A stretch of DNA of 64,000 bases from assembly GCA_043760705.1 (NCBI GenBank), contig JAYUOT010000001.1, positions 53,231 through 117,230 of the forward strand, given 5' to 3'. The notes beneath the pieces were generated by a model, which had not been told where the DNA came from, searched no databases, and saw nothing but the letters and a program-made list of their open reading frames with translations. Below are positions 42,721 to 54,090 of the stretch, piece by piece (position 1 is the stretch's first letter; each line of letters opens with the position of its first letter). The DNA is from Betaproteobacteria bacterium (GTDB taxonomy: Bacteria; Pseudomonadota; Gammaproteobacteria; Burkholderiales; Burkholderiaceae_E). A program made the position numbers and the translations under genes.

Positions 42721-44410
42721 TTTGAAGATAACCTCTGCAGCGACCCTATCGCTAGCAGTTTTCATTACGCTATCTTCTTTGGCGGCGAGGCCACAGGCGC
42801 GAAGCTTGGCCAAGCAGAGTTCTCCCCAACCCCCCGTAATGGCGGCGGGGGATTTACTCGTCGAGATTTCCCCCGGCGATACCTTGATTGAACTAGCTTC
42901 TCGAGAGTTGGCCTACCCTCATGACTGGCGCTCTTTGGCTAAAATCAACGGCCTGCGTAATCCCTTGGCGTTGCCGGTCGGGCTCAAGATTTTTGTTCCG
43001 CGGGCCTGGCGTAAACCTGTGCTCACCCAGGCCGCAGTGCAGTCTGTGGAAGGGCTCGCCAACACTACTGCGGGAGCTTTGCGGGTCGGACACTCATTAG
43101 GCGAGGCCGATGTCGTCGAGACCGGTGCGAATGCAGTCGTGATATTACGTTTGCCGGACGGCTCCACCGTCAGAATCCCACCGGGCAGCAAAGTGCGCAT
43201 TGACCGCCTGCGCGGGTATCACGGCTCAGAGGCCATTGATGCTCGCTTGAATCTTGAGCAAGGTGGGTTGGAGCTGCAGAGTGAGTCCAGCCGTCTAGGC
43301 AAAGCACCCACGCCAGGCAGAAGCATCGAAGTTGTGACACCAAAAGCGACGGCTTCGGTGAGAGGGACTTCGTTTCGCATTGGTGCGCAACAAGACAAGA
43401 GCGTTGCCGAGATTCTCGACGGATCGATTGAGTGGGCGGGGGCGACGGAGCGACGACCTTTGCCGGGTGGTTTCGGAGTCGCGGTGAATCGAGCGGGGAG
43501 CCTTGGACCCACCGAGAAACTCTTGCCTGCTTCGGGAAAGCTAGTCTCCGAGGCCAGGCTTGAAGTGGTCGAAGGGGAGATTGAATTTGAAGCGGTCGCC
43601 GGAGCACAAAAATATTTGCTCGAGTTGGCGACTGATCCAAGCTTTGGCGCTCTGGTTTCAAGCGCTACGCAGTCCGAAACTAAGGTTGTCATCCGAAGCG
43701 AACGTGACGGCCAACACTATTTTAAGGTTCGTGCAATCGGGCCTTCTGGGGTGGCCGGTTTCGATGCCAATTTCGCACTCAGTATTGCCGCTCGGCCGGT
43801 GGCGCCTCCGGTCGTGGCGACCGAGCCTGCGGGAGTGAATTTTGGTGAGCGCACCATGCTGGGTTGGGCGCCCGTGGTGCAAGCCGAGCGTTACCGAGTT
43901 CAGGTCGCAAGTGATGAGGGTTTCAAAGACATTCTTTCCGATGAGCTCGCAGCAAACCCCCGATATTTCTTTGGGCCGAAAACGCCGCCGAGTGATGTGA
44001 CCCCCTTTTTCTGGCGGGTAGCCACGCTTGACGCTGCGAAACAAGGCCCCTGGGGGAGTACTCGCAAGATGGAATTCGCGCCGGCCATGGGTGCTGTAAC
44101 ACCGCAAGTGCAGGGTGATTCCGTGGTGTTTGAATGGTCTGGCAAACCTGAGCAAAATTTCGAAGCTCAGCTGGGTCGGGATCTGGCTTTTTTGAACTTG
44201 GTGAGTTCCAAGCAAATCAAAGGTGTAAGCTGGAAGCTTGACTCACTTCCTCCAGGGCAATACCAAATGCGTGTCCGCCAAATCTTTTTTAATGGCTCAA
44301 AAGGGCCCTTTAGCGCGGTTCTGGCGCTAGAGATTCCGGTTCTACTACGAGACAGCTTCGGCCAGCCAATTCGCAGCGGAAGCGGCCAACTGATTGAGAT
44401 GCCACGCTAG
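42677..44410 (+). CDS. Periplasmic LysM + FecR-domain protein
   Basis: LysM (ISPGDTLIELASREL...INGLRNPLALPVGLKIFVP) and a FecR-like segment (VVTPKATASVRGTSFRI). Alternative starts are the ATG at 42695 and the TTG at 42722, just after the regulator stop. Confidence 0.7.
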   Translation: MATVLSMSRSNKPHNLKITSAATLSLAVFITLSSLAARPQARSLAKQSSPQPPVMAAGDLLVEISPGDTLIELASRELAYPHDWRSLAKINGLRNPLALPVGLKIFVPRAWRKPVLTQAAVQSVEGLANTTAGALRVGHSLGEADVVETGANAVVILRLPDGSTVRIPPGSKVRIDRLRGYHGSEAIDARLNLEQGGLELQSESSRLGKAPTPGRSIEVVTPKATASVRGTSFRIGAQQDKSVAEILDGSIEWAGATERRPLPGGFGVAVNRAGSLGPTEKLLPASGKLVSEARLEVVEGEIEFEAVAGAQKYLLELATDPSFGALVSSATQSETKVVIRSERDGQHYFKVRAIGPSGVAGFDANFALSIAARPVAPPVVATEPAGVNFGERTMLGWAPVVQAERYRVQVASDEGFKDILSDELAANPRYFFGPKTPPSDVTPFFWRVATLDAAKQGPWGSTRKMEFAPAMGAVTPQVQGDSVVFEWSGKPEQNFEAQLGRDLAFLNLVSSKQIKGVSWKLDSLPPGQYQMRVRQIFFNGSKGPFSAVLALEIPVLLRDSFGQPIRSGSGQLIEMPR

Positions 44411-44475
44411 CGCACCTCAGCGCCTGCCCGCGGCCTGCCCGCCATTGTCTGTACACGATCTCTTGAATTCGGCCC

Positions 44476-46782
44476 ATGCCTAGTCGACGCTTGGCGTTTG
44501 AATGGTGGGGTCTGCTCGCCCTGGTCCTTAGTGGGGCGGTGCTGCTGGGTGCAGGCCCTTTGGATCAGGCCTCTGGGACCTTGTCGAGACTCGACCTCGC
44601 CATGTTTGATTTTGGCAAGCGTCTGGTGGCCATCGAGCCGACCAAAGATTTAGTCCTCGTCGAAATTGACGAAACCAGCTTAGGTCAGCTCGGTCGCTGG
44701 CCTTGGCCACGTCAACTACATGCCAGCCTAATCGCCAAACTGAAAGACGAAGGGGTTTCCAGTATAGGTTTGGACTTATTGCTCAGTGAGCCTTCCGCTG
44801 ATGATGCAATTTTGGCAAGGAGTTTCCAAGGCCTTTCGGTGCAATTGCCGGTCAGTCGCAGTATTGAGTCGAACCAAAGTATTTGGCCGGTCTATCCGGT
44901 CATCACCTTGGGCGCGCAAGCGAGCATTGCCCACCCTCACTTCAGGGTCGATTCGGACGGAAATGTTCGCGGGCTGTATCTTAACGAAGCGGGCTTTCCG
45001 GCGTTTGCCTTGGGCCTACTCCGGGCTAAGGAGTCTGCGGCCGAGCCGTTCGCCGACCTGCCGATTGCGCGACAAGCCTGGACTGATGCCACCCAGGCGC
45101 GCCGCAACGAGGCCTTGGTTTCGAAGTCCTGGCCGAGCCAAAACTTTGCCTGGTTATTTCCGCTGAAAAGCCCTGTGCAGCGCTATTCGTACGGCGATGT
45201 CTTGCGCGGGGAATTTCCTAAAGACGCCTTTAAGGGTAAAGCGGTGTTGATCGGGGCCAATGCGGAAGGTTTGGGAGATCGCTACTCAAGCAGTTTGTTG
45301 GGTCAGCCGGGTCTTGTTGTCGGCGTTCAATTGCACGCCGTCGCCTATGCAGGATTAATTCAGAAGAACCTGATCCAAAGAGTTCCGATCTTTCACGAGA
45401 TTCTCTTTTCCGTTCTAAGCCTCACGGGGCTCTTGATTCTGCTGTATGGGACCAGCCCACGCGCGGGTCTGGTCATTACCCTCGTGTTTGTGATGTTGTG
45501 GGTGGGTGCCGGTTGGGTAGTTCTCTCGCTAGGCCACTGGCTGCCGCCTGCAGCGGTCATGGCGGCAGCCTTGGCCGCCTACCCACTTTGGAGTTGGCGC
45601 AGGCTTGAAGCGGCCGTTTCTAATTTGCGTCGACAGTCGACCGCCATGGCCGCGCAACCCGCCTGGTTAAGCGGCTTTGTGCCGGAGTCGCGCTCGCTTG
45701 AACCGATTGCACGAGACCTTTCTGCCTTAGACCGTGCCGCAGATCGCCTGATGCAGCTCAAACGCTTCCTGTCCTCGGTGCTCGACAAGTTACCGCATCC
45801 GGCCTTTGTTGCGGATGCCGACGGCTCGATTCGACTCGCCAATCCCACCGCCTATGAGGCGTTCAGCGATTTACCCCGTGCGCGCGATGAACTCGCGCCC
45901 AGCCAGCCGCAAGACTCTGCTGTGCAATGGTTGCGCAATTTCTTCGAAGGTCAGCCAGGCATCGCGGCACTGACCATTGACCCGCTTAAAACGGAGAAGC
46001 AGATGGAGGCGACCGATAAGCTTGGCCGAGAATGGTTGATTGAAGCCAAGCCTCTCGGTGATCCTTGGAAATTGTGGCTGGTACAGTTCGTGGACATTAC
46101 CCGGATCAAAGCGGTGCAGCGCGAGCGCGAGCAGATGCTGGCTTTTTTGACCCATGACATCCGCTCGCCTCAGGTCACGATTTTGAGTGCTTTAACGCAA
46201 GCGGGTGAAACTAAGCACGAAGCCTGGGCGCAAACCATCGAACTTGAGGCAAGGCGCGGCCTGAATCTCGCCGAGAGCTACGTGCAGTGGGCTCGCGCTG
46301 AACATAAGGACTTGCGCCGCGACGATACCGATATGTTCGAGCTTTGTACGGAGGTCATCGATAGTTTTTGGCTCAAGGCTGAGCCTCAAAAAATCCGTAT
46401 CGAACTGATGGGTCAAGGCCCCTTCTGGGCGCAGGTGGATCAAACCCTTTACCGACGAGCCCTCGCTAATTTGGTCGAGAATGCTCTAAGGTATAGCCCG
46501 GCCGGGACGAGCATTACGATCAATATATTTGCGCAAGCAAGCGACTGGCGCATCGAAGTGAGCGATCAAGGTCCAGGCGTCTTAGCGCAAGATCTCGACA
46601 AGATTTTCGAACCCTATGTACGTGGCTCTGGTGCCATGATTCCGGGCAGTGACGTGATCGGAGCGGGTCTCGGCCTGGCGTTCGTTCGCCTCGTGGTGGC
46701 ACGGCACGGAGGCAGCATTGCAGTGAGAAATCTTACGCCCCGCGGCGCGTGTTTCACCTTTACTGTGCCCGCCTCGATATAA
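44476..46782 (+). CDS. CHASE2-domain sensor histidine kinase
   Basis: CHASE2 N-terminus ([20 protein letters not shown]), 3 TM segments, H-box [10 protein letters not shown] and an HATPase domain ([20 protein letters not shown]). Confidence 0.85.
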   Translation: MPSRRLAFEWWGLLALVLSGAVLLGAGPLDQASGTLSRLDLAMFDFGKRLVAIEPTKDLVLVEIDETSLGQLGRWPWPRQLHASLIAKLKDEGVSSIGLDLLLSEPSADDAILARSFQGLSVQLPVSRSIESNQSIWPVYPVITLGAQASIAHPHFRVDSDGNVRGLYLNEAGFPAFALGLLRAKESAAEPFADLPIARQAWTDATQARRNEALVSKSWPSQNFAWLFPLKSPVQRYSYGDVLRGEFPKDAFKGKAVLIGANAEGLGDRYSSSLLGQPGLVVGVQLHAVAYAGLIQKNLIQRVPIFHEILFSVLSLTGLLILLYGTSPRAGLVITLVFVMLWVGAGWVVLSLGHWLPPAAVMAAALAAYPLWSWRRLEAAVSNLRRQSTAMAAQPAWLSGFVPESRSLEPIARDLSALDRAADRLMQLKRFLSSVLDKLPHPAFVADADGSIRLANPTAYEAFSDLPRARDELAPSQPQDSAVQWLRNFFEGQPGIAALTIDPLKTEKQMEATDKLGREWLIEAKPLGDPWKLWLVQFVDITRIKAVQREREQMLAFLTHDIRSPQVTILSALTQAGETKHEAWAQTIELEARRGLNLAESYVQWARAEHKDLRRDDTDMFELCTEVIDSFWLKAEPQKIRIELMGQGPFWAQVDQTLYRRALANLVENALRYSPAGTSITINIFAQASDWRIEVSDQGPGVLAQDLDKIFEPYVRGSGAMIPGSDVIGAGLGLAFVRLVVARHGGSIAVRNLTPRGACFTFTVPASI

Positions 46783-46801
46783 TTCGCCCTCTAACATCAC
46801 A

Positions 46802-48106
46802 TTGGCCTGTGCCCGCATTGGGGCCTTTCATCCGTTGAATATTTTTGCGCTCGGTCTTAACCATAGCACCGCACCGCTCGCGTTGCGCGAGAAGGTGGCG
46901 TTTCCAATGGAAACGATCAATGACGCTCTGATCGACTTACGGCGCAAGTTGCCGCGTCTCGTTCCTGAAGGCGCGATCTTGTCGACCTGCAATCGCACCG
47001 AGATTTACACGGCCAGCCCAGATGAGCAAGCACTTACCAGGGCGGTCGAAGATTGGCTGTGCGGCCACCACGGCGTGAGCCGTGACTTGCTTCAGAATCA
47101 TCTTTATATTCTTCCGGGCAACCTTGCGGTTCGGCACGCTTTTCGGGTCGCCTCGGGCCTTGATTCCATGGTGCTTGGCGAGCCTCAAATTCTGGGTCAG
47201 ATGAAAGACGCTGCGCGCATGGCGCAACAGGCGGGTGCCTTGGGCACCCATCTTCATCAGCTCTTTCAGCGTACTTTTGCCGTGGCCAAAGAAGTCCGCA
47301 CCACGACCGAGATCGGCTCTCAATCGGTGTCTTTGGCCGCCGCCGCGGTTAAACAAGCCAAGCGAATCTTCGAGAATATTGAGGCTTGCCGAGTATTGTT
47401 TGTCGGGGCGGGCGAGATGATTGACCTGAGCGCAACCCACTTTGCGGCGCAAAAGCCAAAGTCGATGACCATTGCCAACCGCAGCACCGAACGCGGTCAC
47501 AAGCTTGCGCAAAAGATCGGAGGCGACTCGATTCACCTTTCTGAGTTGTCAGATCGCTTGGGCGATTTCGATATTGTGGTGTCTTGTACGGCGAGCTCTT
47601 TACCCATTATCGGTCTAGGAATGGTGGCGCGTGCCTTGAAGGTTCGTAAGCATCGCCCGATGCTCATGGTCGATCTGGCTGTCCCGCGCGACATAGAACC
47701 CGAGGTTGCGAAGCTCGATGATGTGTTTCTGAGCACCGTGGACGATTTGGGCCGTATTGTTCGCGCTGGCGTCGAACAAAGACAAGCCGCCGTGATCCAA
47801 GCAGAGGCCATCATTGATCAAAGAGTGTCGGGCTTTATGCAATGGCTAACTGCCCGGGAGAGCGTGCCCGCCATTCGGCTGTTGCATGAGCGCGCCCAAA
47901 GCCTGCGGGCCAGCGAGGTGCTCAAGGCCAAAAAGCTGCTGGAGCAGGGTGCCGACCCTGGGGCAGTTCTTGAACAAATGGCTCAGACACTCAGCGCTAA
48001 ATTCCTTCATGGCCCATCCCTGATGCTCCAGCAACCCGACCAGGCGGACCCCCATGCCTTGGTCGAACAATTGCTCCCTGAAAAAATCTCCCCAAAGAAG
48101 AACTAA
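46802..48106 (+). CDS. hemA: Glutamyl-tRNA reductase
   Basis: [28 protein letters not shown] and GEPQILGQ motifs. TTG start at 46802; an alternative in-frame TTG lies at 46835. Confidence 0.9.
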   Translation: MACARIGAFHPLNIFALGLNHSTAPLALREKVAFPMETINDALIDLRRKLPRLVPEGAILSTCNRTEIYTASPDEQALTRAVEDWLCGHHGVSRDLLQNHLYILPGNLAVRHAFRVASGLDSMVLGEPQILGQMKDAARMAQQAGALGTHLHQLFQRTFAVAKEVRTTTEIGSQSVSLAAAAVKQAKRIFENIEACRVLFVGAGEMIDLSATHFAAQKPKSMTIANRSTERGHKLAQKIGGDSIHLSELSDRLGDFDIVVSCTASSLPIIGLGMVARALKVRKHRPMLMVDLAVPRDIEPEVAKLDDVFLSTVDDLGRIVRAGVEQRQAAVIQAEAIIDQRVSGFMQWLTARESVPAIRLLHERAQSLRASEVLKAKKLLEQGADPGAVLEQMAQTLSAKFLHGPSLMLQQPDQADPHALVEQLLPEKISPKKN

Positions 48107-48114
48107 AGTTTTCT

Positions 48115-49194
48115 ATGAAAGACTCCATGCGGGCTAGGCTCGAGCAGTACGAGCTGCGCCTAGCCGAAGTTAATCAGCTTCTATCCAGCGAGCATGCCGC
48201 CAAAGACATGACGATGTTTCGTCAGCTCAATCAGGAGCACACTGAACTCACCCAGTATGTGGATCATTTGATCACTTGGCGAAGCGCCGCGGCTGATCTC
48301 AATGAAGCGCAGAAAATGCGCTCGGATCCAGAAATGTTGGAGTTTGCCGAGGAAGAAATGGCGCGCTCCCAAACCATTATGGAGCGTGAAGTTGTGGTAC
48401 TTGAGCGCTTACTTCTCCCGAAAGATCCTGATGATCATCGCAATGTCATTGTTGAAATCCGAGCCGGCACCGGAGGTGATGAATCTGCCATTTTTGCGGG
48501 CGACTTGCTGCGCATGTACTTGCGTTATGCCGAGCATAAGAAGTGGCGTACTGAGTTGCTATCAGAAAGTGTGTCCGATCTTGGCGGCTATCGGGAGGTG
48601 ATATTTCGGGTGGAAGGCGAGAATGTTTTTGCCCAGCTCAAGTTCGAATCAGGCGGCCATCGGGTGCAGCGCGTTCCAGTGACTGAAACACAGGGGCGAA
48701 TACACACTTCGGCGTGCACCCTTGCTGTACTTGCGGAGGCTGATGAGCAGGCAGTGCTCGCTATCAATCCTGATGAGCTCCGTATTGACGTTTATCGTGC
48801 CTCTGGAGCCGGCGGGCAGCACGTTAACAAGACCGAATCGGCGGTGCGAATTACCCACCTGCCGACGGGCATTGTGGCCGAATGTCAGGATGATCGCTCC
48901 CAGCATCGCAATAAAGATAAAGCCATGAAAGTGTTGGTGGCAAGGATCAAAGACAAGATTGATAGTGAGCGCTCAGCTAAAGAATCCGCCCACCGAAAAT
49001 CACTCATCGGATCGGGAGATCGGTCAGAGCGAGTGCGCACTTACAATTTCCCTCAAGGACGTGTGTCCGATCACCGAATCAATCTCACTCTCTACAAGAT
49101 CGAGCGCATTATGGACGGGGAAATGGACGACATTATCGACGCTTTGGTGGCTGCTCGTCAGGCCGAACAGTTGGCGGCCTTGGCGGACGCCTAA
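48115..49194 (+). CDS. prfA: Peptide chain release factor 1
   Basis: PVT tripeptide ([10 protein letters not shown]) and GGQ motif ([10 protein letters not shown]). Confidence 0.95.
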   Translation: MKDSMRARLEQYELRLAEVNQLLSSEHAAKDMTMFRQLNQEHTELTQYVDHLITWRSAAADLNEAQKMRSDPEMLEFAEEEMARSQTIMEREVVVLERLLLPKDPDDHRNVIVEIRAGTGGDESAIFAGDLLRMYLRYAEHKKWRTELLSESVSDLGGYREVIFRVEGENVFAQLKFESGGHRVQRVPVTETQGRIHTSACTLAVLAEADEQAVLAINPDELRIDVYRASGAGGQHVNKTESAVRITHLPTGIVAECQDDRSQHRNKDKAMKVLVARIKDKIDSERSAKESAHRKSLIGSGDRSERVRTYNFPQGRVSDHRINLTLYKIERIMDGEMDDIIDALVAARQAEQLAALADA

Positions 49195-49207
49195 AGCTTC
49201 TCAGACA

Positions 49208-50080
49208 ATGTCCCGCGCCAGATCCTATGATGCGCTCATCGCCGACAGTCGGCTGGCGCGCTCCGAAGCTCGTATTCTACTGGCTGGAGTACTTCAGAAG
49301 GAATACACTTGGCTGCTAGCCCATGGCGACGAAAATGCCCCCGACGAGGTTGCGGTAAAGGCCTTGGCGCTTTTCCACCGGCGCCAAAAAGGTGAACCCA
49401 TTGCGTACCTGACGGGTTCCAAGGAATTCTATGGGCGAAGCTTCAGGGTGGGTCCGGGTGTTCTCATTCCAAGACCTGAAACCGAACTATTGGTCGACTG
49501 GGGGCTTGAGGTATTGCGAACCGAGGTCTCGAGTCCTGCCTTGACGGCGCTTGACCTGGGCTGCGGTAGCGGCTGTGTCGGACTCTCACTGGCACTTGAA
49601 GCCCGGCAACTCGGGCTCGCGCTTGCTCAAATGACGCTCGTCGATCTAACGCCCGAAGCCATCATTTGCACGCAGCGTAACGCCAGCCAACTGGGCGTCC
49701 TTCAGCTTGCCGGGACGACCCTGAACATCCTGCAAGGAAACTGGTTTGACCCAATCCACCCGAGCCAACGCTTTGATCTGATTATCAGCAATCCACCGTA
49801 CATTCCCCTCAGCGATCCCCATTTGTCTCAAGGCGATCTTCGTTTCGAGCCATCGCAGGCTTTGAGCAGTGGCGAGACTGGCCTCCAGGCCATGACGCAA
49901 ATCATCAGCGGGGCGACCCGCTTTCTGAAGCCGTCGGGCCGCTTGTTATTGGAGCATGGATACGATCAAGCCAGGGCCATTCAAACCCTGTTACGAGAGC
50001 ATGGCTATCTCAACCTTGAGACACGAGCCGACCTCGCTGGGCATGCGCGAGTCAGCGCCGGATTCCGACCCCTGAAATAG
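49208..50080 (+). CDS. prmC: Release-factor glutamine N5-methyltransferase
   Basis: SAM motif LDLGCGSG and catalytic NPPY (ISNPPYIP). It follows prfA. The ORF track opens at 48959, inside prfA. Confidence 0.9.
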   Translation: MSRARSYDALIADSRLARSEARILLAGVLQKEYTWLLAHGDENAPDEVAVKALALFHRRQKGEPIAYLTGSKEFYGRSFRVGPGVLIPRPETELLVDWGLEVLRTEVSSPALTALDLGCGSGCVGLSLALEARQLGLALAQMTLVDLTPEAIICTQRNASQLGVLQLAGTTLNILQGNWFDPIHPSQRFDLIISNPPYIPLSDPHLSQGDLRFEPSQALSSGETGLQAMTQIISGATRFLKPSGRLLLEHGYDQARAIQTLLREHGYLNLETRADLAGHARVSAGFRPLK

Positions 50081-50655
50081 GTTGCTTCGTTAAACAAAGT
50101 TTCGTGGAGGGGGGTACACCGTCCAGGCCTTGCAGGGTGCCGTCTGGCCGCTTGGTGACCGACTGCTTTTGCCTTGCCCCCGAGCCGTTCGGCACGCTCA
50201 CCCCACGACGATTCATCTCACACCAATGCACGCTGCCAAAGACAAGCTCATCGGCCTGGCGGCCCCTGTTCGTGCGGCTTTAGCTCATGAAAGCGCTAGC
50301 GCAAAGCAGTGACTAAATCCAGACCCTTGGCGACTGTTTCTTGACTATGTCATCGCCAAAATCATGCTTACCTTGCCGAAAAATCCAAACCCTTCCCTGC
50401 TTAAACTCCCTGGCTCACTGATCTTTTCGCGTTAATGCGAGCTCGCTTTGTCATAAAGCGACGATGCCCCGCTGAGCGGTCCAATCCAGCCGACAGACCA
50501 AGCCCACAAAAAGTCGAAACAAACCTACATTCACCCATAGGTCTCCTGGCCCAAATTTCGTGCAACAAGCGATTCGAGATTTGAAGGGTGGACTGAAGCG
50601 ACAGCGAATCAGAGAACGATCACTGTCATGTTCGACAGCTCAGTGTGGATTAAAA

Positions 50656-51177
50656 ATGAAACTAGATCAAATCAAAAGGGCAGCGATTGCATCGGTACTC
50701 AGTGCTGCAATGGTTTTTGCAAGTGCTAGCAGCTTCGCAAAAACAGAGGACTCCCAGGTGGAGGGCACCCTCGAACAAAACCGTATCGTCATGGTCGACG
50801 GCAAAGAGTCCCTAGTCTCTGCCGATAAGGTCAGCCCCGGCGACACCCTGATTTACCGGGTGCGCTATAGCAACAAAGGCACCACACCAGCAAACAATCT
50901 GGTGGTCACCCTTCCTATTCCCAAGGGCCTGGAATACCTCCCTTCGGCTGATCTCCCTAAAGCGGCAGCCGCCAGTCTGGACGGTGATCGCTTCGAGGCA
51001 ATGCCCATCAAGCGCCTCGTCAAGTCCGTCGATGGCCAGGAAGCCCTCAGGGAAGTCCCCTTATCCCAATACCGCGCCCTGCGCTGGACTGTTGAGCAGC
51101 TCCAAGGCGGTAAGTCAGTGACGTTTTCAGCCCGGGCAAGGGTCGAGCGCGTCAATGAAAAAGTAGCAGGCAAGTAA
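50656..51177 (+). CDS. Small secreted single-DUF11-domain protein
   Basis: Signal peptide (ASSFA), then VSPGDTLIYRVRYSNKGTTPANNLVVTLPIPKGLEYLP, the DUF11 'conserved repeat domain' pattern. Confidence 0.65.
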   Translation: MKLDQIKRAAIASVLSAAMVFASASSFAKTEDSQVEGTLEQNRIVMVDGKESLVSADKVSPGDTLIYRVRYSNKGTTPANNLVVTLPIPKGLEYLPSADLPKAAAASLDGDRFEAMPIKRLVKSVDGQEALREVPLSQYRALRWTVEQLQGGKSVTFSARARVERVNEKVAGK

Positions 51178-51224
51178 AAAACCCGAAGAGCAATTCGATC
51201 CCATCTCCTTTCTAAGAATCGACC

Positions 51225-54005
51225 ATGTTTACACCAAGAAACTTCAAAAGACTCACCCTAGGGCTGGCTACTTTTGCCACGAGCGCATTCCTTGCGAGCT
51301 CTCTGGCGATCGCGGCTCCCCCGGCCGGCACACCCATCGGTAACCAAGCGGCCGCGACTTATACGGACGCCTCGGCGGTGACCCGTACGGCAACCTCCAA
51401 CACGGTGACCACCATCGTGCAACAGGTGGCTGCCCTTACCCTGACCAACACCCAAACCAAGGTCGGAACACCCGGCTCACCGGTAACGTTCTCTCACACC
51501 TTGACCAATACCGGTAACGGTACCGATACCTTTACGGTAGGCGTCGCCAATACCAGTGGTCTCACGCTTTCGTCATTGGTGATCTACCCCGACGCGAATT
51601 GCGACGGTGTTGCCGATAACACCACCGCCATCACCACGGTTGGTCCGCTGGCCTCAGGCGCAAACTTCTGCGTGGTTGTTCAAGGCACTGTACCGGGTTC
51701 CGCAACTGCGGGCCAAACCTCCTCGGTCACTTTGACAGCGGCCAGCCAATTCACACCAGCAGTAACGGTCAATAACGTCGATACAGTGAATGTGACCGGA
51801 AATGCCGTGGTGAACATCTCCAAGGGTATTAGCCTACCCAGTGGCAACCCAGGCAGTGGCCCCTACACTTACACCATCACCTACTCCAACACGGGTAACG
51901 CGACAGCGACCAACGTCGTCATCGCTGACGTGGTTCCAGCGGGGATGGTTTACCTCGGTGGAAGTGCACGTTGGAGCGGCTCAGGCGTCACAGCGTTGTC
52001 CGACGGTGCTGCTCCCGCAGATCCCGCAGGGATCAACTACGATATGGGCGTCACCACGGTGGGCGCGATGACTGCTGTCATCGCTGCGGTACCGGCGGCA
52101 AACTCTGGCACCTTGACTTTTCAGGTCAATGTGGCAGCGAACGCCGCTCCGACCACCATCAATAACATTGCCAAGCTTTGTTATAACGATGGCGTGGCGC
52201 AAGTGCCGTTGGGATGTACACCGGCTAATGCAACGGCCACTGGAAGTTCGTCGAATACCGCTCCCTTCGCTGTGAACCAAATTGCAGCAGTGAACGGTAA
52301 TGGTTCGGCCACGGACAGTGTGGTCACTACGGATCCCGCTGCGATTGCCTCCGCGACTCAAGGTTCGACTGTCTCGTTCAACAACTATGTGTGGAACCGT
52401 GGAAACGGCTCAGATAGCTTTGACATGACCGTGCCCACCGCTGGCTCGGCTGGAAATAATTTCCCGGCCGGAACCACCTTCCAACTGTTCAAGTCCAACG
52501 GTACCACCCCGCTGGTGGACACCAATGGCAATGGCACCGTGGACACTGGCCTGATCCCGGCGACTAACGATGCGACTTGTACTCCAGCGAATGGCTTTGT
52601 CGCTGATACGGTCAACGCTCGATGCGGTTACTTGGTGGTGTTGAAGGCCACCTTGCCGGCTGGCGCAGTAGGGGGTCCTTTCGCGGCGACCAAGACTGCC
52701 ACGTCGAAACTGAACCCGCTCATTTCAGATGGTATTACTGACAGTCTGTCCCTGATCACCAGCAGCACGGTGGACTTGCGTAACGGTGTGGCCAATACTG
52801 CCGGTACGGGTATCGGTCCAGAAGGCTCGCCTGTCACCACTCAGTCGGTCAATCCTGGTGCCACAACAAACTTTGTTTTGAAAGTCAATAACACCAGCGG
52901 CGTATCCGACACTTACAACCTCACAGCCAGTACCGACAGCAGCTTTGGCACAGTCGTCTTGCCAGCAGGGTGGGCAGTAACCTTCCGTACCGATGGCGGT
53001 GCAGGCGATTGCTCAAGTCTGGGTTCGGCGATCACCAATACAGGTTTGGTCTTAGCCGGTGCGAACTTCACAGCCTGCGCCGTGGTGAGCGTACCGGCCG
53101 GTGCGGCTGCCTTGCCAGCACCTGGTCTGAACTTGTACTTCCGTGCCATGTCACCGACGACCGGTGCACTGGACCGTAAGACCGACGCGGTCATTGTCAA
53201 CACTTTGCGCAGCCTCAGTATCAGCCCGAACAACACGGGTCAGGTGTTTCCAGGCGGTTCAGTGGTTTACACGCATCAAGTGACCAACAACGGTAACGTG
53301 ACGGAGGGCGCCACCCTGGGCCAAGTCGCATTGACCGATGCACTGAGCGGTGCCACGTCCGGTTGGAGCGTGATCATTTATTGGGATAAGAACAACGACG
53401 GCATTCTCGATGTGAATGACCCCGTTGTGTCAGACCTCTCCCAGTTGACGGGTGGAACTGCAGGCGCCTCAAGCGCTGCTGGTTTGGACGCTGGTGAAAC
53501 GGCCCGCTTGTTTGTCAAGATCATCGCCCCTGCTTCGGCAGCCTTGGGTGCGGTCGATACAAGCTCGCTGACGGTGACCACGACCGGTGCGGTAAATGGC
53601 GCGGCGGCTCCTGCCGCGGTCACTGCAACCGACACCACCACCGTGATTGCTGGCCAGGTTCGCTTGGTGAAAGAGCAAGCCCTGGATGCAAACTGTGACG
53701 GCACACCGGAGACCGCCTTTACCCAGTCAAACATCGTTGCTGGCGCAGTGCCTGGTGCCTGTATTCGCTACCGTATCACTGGTACGAACGATGGCACTGC
53801 ATCGGTCTCAGGACTGATCATTTCGGACTCGACCCCTGCCGCGACGGTCTACAACAACGGTGCCGGTACGGCGCCTGCTGCGACCACCGTAGGCACGATC
53901 ACCGCGCCTATCAACGGTACTTCAGGCTCGGTGCAGGCTACGGTGGGCAATCTTGCTCCTCTGGCGACCGTAGTGGTGAGCTTCGGTGTGCGGATTAACC
54001 CTTAA
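51225..54005 (+). CDS. Large secreted multi-DUF11-repeat protein
   Basis: Signal peptide ending AIA. Several repeats of the type VTFSHTLTNTGNGTDTF / YTYTITYSNTGNATATNVVIADVVPAGMVY. Thr/Ala/Gly/Val-rich. Confidence 0.75.
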   Translation: MFTPRNFKRLTLGLATFATSAFLASSLAIAAPPAGTPIGNQAAATYTDASAVTRTATSNTVTTIVQQVAALTLTNTQTKVGTPGSPVTFSHTLTNTGNGTDTFTVGVANTSGLTLSSLVIYPDANCDGVADNTTAITTVGPLASGANFCVVVQGTVPGSATAGQTSSVTLTAASQFTPAVTVNNVDTVNVTGNAVVNISKGISLPSGNPGSGPYTYTITYSNTGNATATNVVIADVVPAGMVYLGGSARWSGSGVTALSDGAAPADPAGINYDMGVTTVGAMTAVIAAVPAANSGTLTFQVNVAANAAPTTINNIAKLCYNDGVAQVPLGCTPANATATGSSSNTAPFAVNQIAAVNGNGSATDSVVTTDPAAIASATQGSTVSFNNYVWNRGNGSDSFDMTVPTAGSAGNNFPAGTTFQLFKSNGTTPLVDTNGNGTVDTGLIPATNDATCTPANGFVADTVNARCGYLVVLKATLPAGAVGGPFAATKTATSKLNPLISDGITDSLSLITSSTVDLRNGVANTAGTGIGPEGSPVTTQSVNPGATTNFVLKVNNTSGVSDTYNLTASTDSSFGTVVLPAGWAVTFRTDGGAGDCSSLGSAITNTGLVLAGANFTACAVVSVPAGAAALPAPGLNLYFRAMSPTTGALDRKTDAVIVNTLRSLSISPNNTGQVFPGGSVVYTHQVTNNGNVTEGATLGQVALTDALSGATSGWSVIIYWDKNNDGILDVNDPVVSDLSQLTGGTAGASSAAGLDAGETARLFVKIIAPASAALGAVDTSSLTVTTTGAVNGAAAPAAVTATDTTTVIAGQVRLVKEQALDANCDGTPETAFTQSNIVAGAVPGACIRYRITGTNDGTASVSGLIISDSTPAATVYNNGAGTAPAATTVGTITAPINGTSGSVQATVGNLAPLATVVVSFGVRINP

Positions 54006-54022
54006 CTTGCATCGTACCCAGC

Positions 54023-54068
54023 GGCTCGCCCCAAAAAGAAGCGAGCCCTGGGTGTTTCGGTTCCCAGG
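54023..54068 (+). other. Two adjacent short hairpins between the DUF11 gene and the giant OMP gene
   Basis: ggctcgc (54023-54029) pairs with gcgagcc (54041-54047), and cctggg (54047-54052) with cccagg (54063-54068). No T-run follows. Confidence 0.4.
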
Positions 54069-54090
54069 TTCGAAAAAAGAAAAATAGGCC

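Noticed and set aside
48959-49207. 5' extension of prmC inside prfA
   Set aside because: It is an alternative frame of prfA coding sequence. PrmC homology starts at the ATG at 49208, after the prfA stop.
50130-50312. 60-aa ORF in the long leader before the DUF11 cluster
   Set aside because: It has no RBS-like sequence, an Ala/Pro/Arg/His-rich composition and no motif. It is treated as non-coding until conservation is shown.
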